Shown: positions 59,677 to 64,000 of the stretch, piece by piece
How positions within the stretch are numbered: the stretch's first letter is position 1
Layout of the letters: every line of letters starts with the position of its first letter
NCBI GenBank assembly: GCA_014879845.1
Contig: JACSRI010000092.1
Span: 44-64,043, forward strand
Direction of reading: 5' to 3'
DNA: 64,000 bases
Source of the DNA: Opitutaceae bacterium
GTDB taxonomy: Bacteria; Verrucomicrobiota; Verrucomicrobiia; Opitutales; Opitutaceae
Made by a program: the position numbers and the translations under genes
The notes under the pieces: generated by a model
Databases searched by the model: none
The model's input: only the letters and a program-made list of their open reading frames with translations
Told to the model about the DNA's origin: nothing

Positions 59677-60930
59677 TTAGCGCAGGCGGACGCGCTCGTT
59701 TTCCGACCACTGCTGCATGTCGGAGAGGATCACGCGGTCGCCGGGGGTGAGGCCGGCGAGGATCTCGATCGTATTCACGGAGGCCCGACCGAGCTTGACC
59801 TGGATGCGCTCGGCCATGTCGCCGTCGGGCGTGAGCCGGTAGATGCCGACCGTGGTCTGCTCCTGGCCGAAGGCCGGGCGGCCGACGAAGAGCACGTCGG
59901 CGAGGCGGTCGAGCTCGATCACGCCGTCGACGCTCAGGTCGGGGCGCGCGCCCTTGGGCAACTCGCCGTTGAGCATGACGTCGACCGTGACCGTACCGTT
60001 TTGCACGGCGGGATCGATGCGCGAGACGCGGCCGGCGACCACGCCGTTGCGCGTGTCGATCGTGGCGTCCTGGCCGATGAGGATATCCTTGGCCTGCGTC
60101 TCGGCGATGCGCACTTCGGCCTTGAGGCGGGCGGGATCGGCGACGCGGGCGAGATTCGTGCCCGGCTGCACCTGGGCGCCGACCTCGACCGGGAGCACCT
60201 GGAGCACGCCATGCACGCCGGCGCGGACCTTGAGGGCATCGTATTCCTCGCGACGGAGCTTGGCCTGGGCGCTGAGGCGGTTGACCTCCGCGCGTTTCAC
60301 CGAGAGGCGCGGGTCGATCGACTCCTTCGTGAACTCGAAGCGCTTCTTCTCGATCTCGTAGCGCGTGGCGGCCTCCTCGGCCGTGACGACGGCGCGGCGT
60401 AGTTCGAGGGCGGAGACGAGGCCCTCGCGGAAAAGCTCGTCGTTGACCTCGGCCTGGAGTTTCGAGGTCTCGAAGTTGGACTTGGCACTGGCCAGGGTGG
60501 ACTCCATCGCGAGCAGGCCGCTCTCAAGCTCGATGCGCAGGTTGTTGAGCTCGGCCGTGGCGGCCTCGAGCTGCGACTCGGCGGCGGTGGCCGCCTGCTC
60601 GACGTCGGGATTCATCATCTCGAGGATGACCGAGTCGGGCGTCACGAGCGCGCCGGGGCGCAGGATGATGCGATCGACGCGGGCGGAGGTGCGGGCGGCG
60701 ATCCAGCGGATCTCCTCGGGCACGAGCGTGCCGAGGCCGCGGACCTGGCGGACCATCGGACCGCGCTTCACCGTGTCGACCCAGACCAGATTGCGGTCGA
60801 CGACCGGAGCGGCGGGCCCGAGGCGGGCGAGGAAGATCGTGATGCCGGCGAGGACCGCAACGACGACGATGGCGAGAAGGATGCGTTTGCGGAGCTTGGC
60901 TTTGGCCTGGGACGGGCGCGGGATATCCAT
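59677..60930 (-). CDS. Periplasmic adaptor (membrane fusion protein, MacA/HlyD family)
   Basis: From ATG 60930 (MDIPRPSQAKAKLRKRILLAIVVVAVLAGITIFLA). The ATG at 60960 lies inside the sigma-54 promoter, so I rejected it. Features: a coiled-coil hairpin region, a lipoyl/beta-barrel segment ...LKVRAGVHGVLQVLPVEVGAQVQPGTNLARVADP..., and GRVSRIDPAVQNGTVTVDV. Confidence 0.85.
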   Translation of the reverse strand: MDIPRPSQAKAKLRKRILLAIVVVAVLAGITIFLARLGPAAPVVDRNLVWVDTVKRGPMVRQVRGLGTLVPEEIRWIAARTSARVDRIILRPGALVTPDSVILEMMNPDVEQAATAAESQLEAATAELNNLRIELESGLLAMESTLASAKSNFETSKLQAEVNDELFREGLVSALELRRAVVTAEEAATRYEIEKKRFEFTKESIDPRLSVKRAEVNRLSAQAKLRREEYDALKVRAGVHGVLQVLPVEVGAQVQPGTNLARVADPARLKAEVRIAETQAKDILIGQDATIDTRNGVVAGRVSRIDPAVQNGTVTVDVMLNGELPKGARPDLSVDGVIELDRLADVLFVGRPAFGQEQTTVGIYRLTPDGDMAERIQVKLGRASVNTIEILAGLTPGDRVILSDMQQWSENERVRLR

Positions 60931-60956
60931 GCAGATCAGTGGTTGCAGGAATAAAC

Positions 60957-60970
60957 GCAATGGCCGTGCC
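60957..60970 (-). promoter_or_regulatory. Sigma-54 (-24/-12) promoter for the efflux operon
   Basis: The minus strand reads cGGCACGGCCATTGCg. This gives GGCACG-N4-TTGC with exactly the consensus TGGCACG-N4-TTGCW spacing. The TTGC ends 26 nt upstream of the adaptor ATG. A sigma-54-dependent regulator is encoded directly upstream. Confidence 0.65.
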
Positions 60971-61054
60971 GAGTTGCAGCGAGTTGTCTAAGTCGCTGGT
61001 TGAAAGCGGAATTCCTTGTTTTCGCGATTTTGGGAGTTTGTCCCGGCATCGGTG

Positions 61055-61101
61055 CCGCACGCGGGTGCGGGACGGTGCAATCCCACAAATGGGACGGTGC
61101 G
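61055..61101. promoter_or_regulatory. Candidate enhancer (UAS) sites for the NtrC-family regulator
   Basis: A palindrome CCGCAC-GCGG-GTGCGG (61055-61070), plus the direct repeat GGGACGGTGC at 61069-61078 and 61091-61100 (22-nt spacing). They lie about 90-140 bp upstream of the -24/-12 element, with an AT-richer tract (61000-61045) in between. Confidence 0.35.
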
Positions 61102-61319
61102 AAACGCGGCTTGCGACGTGCGCTGGGCGCAGTGGTCGGATGGTGGAGCACGCGGTGCAGGCTGCGGCGGCAGGCAGTCCGCTCTCTTGGGGTAGGGCGA
61201 GGCCTCGGGCCGATCCGTGCGGCGGACGCGAACGGGTTCGGAGATCCGGGAGCCGATGTCGGAAAGCGGAGGCCTGAAATGCTCACCTCAGCCGTCTGGC
61301 CGCTGCTGACGCGGCTCGA

Positions 61320-61337
61320 CCGGAGGCCCCGCCCTAC
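61320..61337 (-). repeat. GTAGGGCG-family REP-like copy 3' of the kinase gene
   Basis: The minus strand reads TGA-CGAGTTTCCA-GTAGGGCGGGGCCTCCGG, i.e. 10 nt after the stop. This is the same placement as after the xylanase gene. Confidence 0.5.
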
Positions 61338-61347
61338 TGGAAACTCG

Positions 61348-62721
61348 TCACAGCGGCAGACGCAACCGCGCGATGCAGCCGGACGGGCCGTCCGTGCGGT
61401 TCTCGAGGGTGATCGAGCCACCGTGGTTTTCCGCGATCTGGCGGCAGAGCACGAGGCCGATGCCCGAGCCCTTTTGTTTCGTCGTGAAGAACGGGACGAA
61501 GAGGTTCGAGGGATTGGCGATGCCCGGGCCCGCGTCGGTGATCATGATCTCGATTGCGCCGGGCAGCCGCTGCCAGGTCAGCTCGACGCCGGCTTCGGCG
61601 CGGCCGGCCTGTTGCGCCTCGAGCGCGGCCTCGGTGGCGTTGGCGATGAGGTTGATCAACACCTGCTCGATCTGGGCCGCGTCGAGCTGCACCTGCATTT
61701 CCGGACCGGATACGACGTGCACCACCAGGCGGACCTCGAGCGAGGCCGTTCGCCGCACGAGTGGGCCGATCTCCACCGGCGCGAGCGCGGGCGGAGGCAG
61801 GCGCGTGAGGCGCGCATAGGCCTGCATGAACCGCGTGAGCCCGTCGGCGCGCGCGGCGACGATGCCCAGGCCGGAGCGCATGTCGTCCTCCCAATCCGAG
61901 GCACGCGCGGTCGCGGGCTTTTCCAGCATGGCGCCGAGACTGCCGGCGATCGACTTGATGGGCGCAAGTGAGTTGTTGAGCTCGTGGCCGAGCACGCGCA
62001 CGAGGCGTTGCCAGGCCTTGATCTCCTCCTCGCGCAGCGCCTGGCTGACATCGGAAACTACGACGAGCGTGTGCGGCACGCCGCGCTCGCGGAACGTCGA
62101 GCGGCGCAGGCTCCAGCGCGCCTTGGCCTGGGCGCCGGCAAACCGCGCGGCCTCGAGCACGCGCACATCCTCCCCCTCGAGCAGTTCGTCCAGGCCGATC
62201 TCGGCGGCCGTGCGATCCAGCAGGCGTTCGGCGGGCGAGTGCATGAGCTTCTGTCCGGCGGGATTGACCAGACGCAGCACATCGCGCTCGTCGAAGGCGA
62301 AGATCGCCACCTCGATCTCGGCCATGACCGTGCGCAGCAGGGCGGTGGCCTCCATCGCTCCGAGACGTTGCTCGTTCAGCGTCTGGCTGAGCGTGTTGAT
62401 CTCCGTCATCACGTCGCCGAGCGGATCGTCGACATTTGCCCCGCGGCCGCGCACGGAAAAGTCGCCCTCGCGCAGGGCGGAGAGGAGATTCGCGACGGTC
62501 TGGAGCGTGCGCACCACCCGCACGTGGGCCGCGGCGGCGAAGACAAGCCATGCTCCGCCGACGGCGAGCAGCACGGTCGTGAATGTCTTGCTGCTGGCCT
62601 CGGCCTGATGGAGCAGGACGACGGTCGCAAGGACCGCGGGCGCGCCGGCAAGCAGCGCATACAGCGCGATCAGGCGGTCGTGGGAAAGACGTGGAGGACG
62701 GGGCACGGGGAGAAGAACCAC
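61348..62721 (-). CDS. Sensor histidine kinase (two TM helices, HAMP, PAS-like, HisKA, HATPase_c; NtrB/AtoS/NtrY-like partner of the sigma-54 regulator)
   Basis: 457 aa; the start at 62721 is a GTG. H-box LGHELNNSLAPIKS, INLIANATEA, DAGPGI, GSGIGLVLCRQIAENHGG. Confidence 0.85.
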   Translation of the reverse strand: MVLLPVPRPPRLSHDRLIALYALLAGAPAVLATVVLLHQAEASSKTFTTVLLAVGGAWLVFAAAAHVRVVRTLQTVANLLSALREGDFSVRGRGANVDDPLGDVMTEINTLSQTLNEQRLGAMEATALLRTVMAEIEVAIFAFDERDVLRLVNPAGQKLMHSPAERLLDRTAAEIGLDELLEGEDVRVLEAARFAGAQAKARWSLRRSTFRERGVPHTLVVVSDVSQALREEEIKAWQRLVRVLGHELNNSLAPIKSIAGSLGAMLEKPATARASDWEDDMRSGLGIVAARADGLTRFMQAYARLTRLPPPALAPVEIGPLVRRTASLEVRLVVHVVSGPEMQVQLDAAQIEQVLINLIANATEAALEAQQAGRAEAGVELTWQRLPGAIEIMITDAGPGIANPSNLFVPFFTTKQKGSGIGLVLCRQIAENHGGSITLENRTDGPSGCIARLRLPL

Positions 62722-62787
62722 GGATGAACACGGATGGACACGGATACGGAGTGGTCTGGATCCGTGTGCATCCGTGTCTATCCGTGG
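62718..62787. repeat. Long imperfect hairpin built from 10-nt CACGGAT-containing units, between the regulator and kinase genes
   Basis: Left arm CCACGGATGAACACGGATGGACACGGATACGGA (62718-62750). Right arm TCTGGATCCGTGTGCATCCGTGTCTATCCGTGG (62755-62787). The arms are complementary apart from about 5 mismatches. The left end overlaps the kinase GTG start. Confidence 0.75.
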
Positions 62788-62803
62788 TTGAAAGCGCAGG
62801 ACA

Positions 62804-64000
62804 TCAGAGCCCGTACTTTTCGAGCCGGCGGTAGAAGGCGCTGCGGCTCAGGCCGAGTTCGTCGGCGGCCTGGCGGGCGTTGCCGTTGCAGCGCTGCAGG
62901 GTCTTCTTGATCAGGAAGCCTTCCACCTCTTCGAGGCTCATGTCCTCGAGGCGCGGGGCGCTCTGGCCGGCGTTGAGGCCGAGGTCGGCGGCGCGCACGG
63001 CCTTGCCCTGGGCCATCAACACGCCGCGCTCCACCGCATGATCCAGCTCGCGCACATTGCCCGGCCAGGCGTAGTGGCGCATGGCCTGCAGCGCGCTCTC
63101 GTCGAAACCGGTGATCGCCTTGCGGTAGCGCGCGACGTGCGCCTTGAGGAAATGCTGCGCGAGCAGCGGGATGTCCTCGATGCGGTCGCGCAGCGGCGGC
63201 AGGTGGATGTGGATGGTGTTGAGTCGGAAGAGGAGGTCCTGGCGAAAGCGCCCGGCGGCCACCTCGCCGGCGAGGTCCGAGTTGGTGGCGGAGACGAGGC
63301 GCACATCGACGCGGTAGGTCTTCGATGAGCCGACGCGCTCATATTCGCCGCGCTCGAGCGTGCGCAGGATTTTCGCCTGCTGGCTGAGCGGGATGTTGCC
63401 GATCTCGTCCATGAAGAGCGTGCCGCCGTGCGCCAGCTCGAAGCGCCCGGCGCGATCGGACTTGGCGTCGGTGAACGCGCCGCGCACGTGGCCGAAGAGT
63501 TCGCTTTCGAAAACGCCCTCGGGGATGCCGCCCATGTTGACCGAGATGAGCGACTTCGCGGCGCGCGCCGAGACGGCGTGCAGGGCCTGGGCGATCAGGC
63601 CCTTGCCGGTGCCGTTTTCGCCGGTGATGAGGACGTTCGCGTCGGACGGGCCGACGCGCGCGATGATCTCGAGCACGGGCTTCATCGCGGGCGACTCGGC
63701 GATGATCGTCGGACCCTCGGCCTTGCCGCCGCGCAGCAGGCGATTCTCCTCCTCGAGGCGGCGAAAGGCGCGGATCGCGGTGCAGCACTCGATGTGTGTG
63801 CCGACCGTGGCGAGCAGGCGGTTGTTGTCCCAGGGCTTGGTGATGAAGTCCTTGGCGCCGCGGCGCATGGCCTCGACGGCGATGTCGACGCTCGCCCAGG
63901 CCGTCATGACCAGCACCGGCAGCGTGGGATCCAGGCCTTGGATACTCTTGAGCAGGTCGAGGCCTTCCTGGCCCGAGGTGGTGTCGCGGGCGTAGTTCAG
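62804..64000 (-). CDS. Sigma-54-dependent response regulator (NtrC family; receiver N-terminus beyond the window end, partial)
   Basis: Track ORF 62804-63916 begins inside the receiver domain, and the frame continues to 64000. AAA+ motifs: [27 protein letters not shown] (GAFTGA-type loop), [19 protein letters not shown]-terminal Fis-type HTH: [27 protein letters not shown]. Confidence 0.9.
   Translation of the reverse strand: MNYARDTTSGQEGLDLLKSIQGLDPTLPVLVMTAWASVDIAVEAMRRGAKDFITKPWDNNRLLATVGTHIECCTAIRAFRRLEEENRLLRGGKAEGPTIIAESPAMKPVLEIIARVGPSDANVLITGENGTGKGLIAQALHAVSARAAKSLISVNMGGIPEGVFESELFGHVRGAFTDAKSDRAGRFELAHGGTLFMDEIGNIPLSQQAKILRTLERGEYERVGSSKTYRVDVRLVSATNSDLAGEVAAGRFRQDLLFRLNTIHIHLPPLRDRIEDIPLLAQHFLKAHVARYRKAITGFDESALQAMRHYAWPGNVRELDHAVERGVLMAQGKAVRAADLGLNAGQSAPRLEDMSLEEVEGFLIKKTLQRCNGNARQAADELGLSRSAFYRRLEKYGL

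Noticed and set aside
60936-61971. ORFs in the kinase-to-adaptor intergenic region (60936-61421 minus, 60939-61277 plus, 61000-61971 plus).
   Set aside because: They have junk composition. They overlap the sigma-54 promoter/UAS region or run antisense into the kinase gene. I treat the region as regulatory DNA.
62583-62834. An 83-aa plus ORF (..MNTDGHGYGVVWIRVHPCLSVVES..).
   Set aside because: It is simply the translation of the CACGGAT hairpin repeat and flanking antisense sequence, not a gene.

Overview
This is a very GC-rich bacterial chromosomal segment (judged by eye, not computed). The gene content suggests a Verrucomicrobia/Opitutaceae-like or Acidobacteria-like organism: ADOP-type permeases, an Ig-repeat surface protein and C-rich leaders without a Shine-Dalgarno (SD) sequence. 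That guess cannot be verified here. I can support about 45 protein-coding genes. I saw no rRNA, tRNA or CRISPR.

Left to right:
- A partial Ig-repeat surface protein.
- A DUF3570 / TlpA-thioredoxin / DUF4266 envelope operon.
- An IS630-like helix-turn-helix (HTH) remnant.
- PAP2 phosphatase and LTA-synthase/sulfatase genes, divergent from an OmpR/histidine-kinase pair.
- A dicarboxylate/amino-acid symporter and a methyltransferase.
- A large hybrid sensor kinase, a small globin, and a four-PAS kinase with a LuxR-type regulator.
- Two orphan small genes.
- A glycan-utilisation cluster: GH127, a GH140-like enzyme, GH10 xylanase and a GPH symporter. A GT-C-like membrane protein is oddly embedded in it.
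- A ParC-like topoisomerase subunit.
- A second GT-C paralog, head-to-head with a methyltransferase.
- A YdbS/YdbT-like PH-domain pair.

The right 28 kb is the standout. A sigma-54 enhancer-binding response regulator and its kinase sit upstream of a near-consensus -24/-12 promoter. That promoter appears to drive a ~25 kb minus-strand operon: MacA-like adaptor, ABC ATPase, TolC-like outer-membrane factor, eight consecutive diverged ADOP-type (double FtsX/MacB) permease paralogs, and a second ABC ATPase.

The spacers in that operon are filled with short-period tandem oligonucleotide repeats, shared sequence boxes and a hairpin element that embeds the stop codon. REP-like hairpins (a GTAGGGCG family and a CACGGAT family) sit just 3' of several genes.

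Many very long ORFs in the track are antisense or out-of-frame shadows typical of high-GC DNA, and I rejected them.
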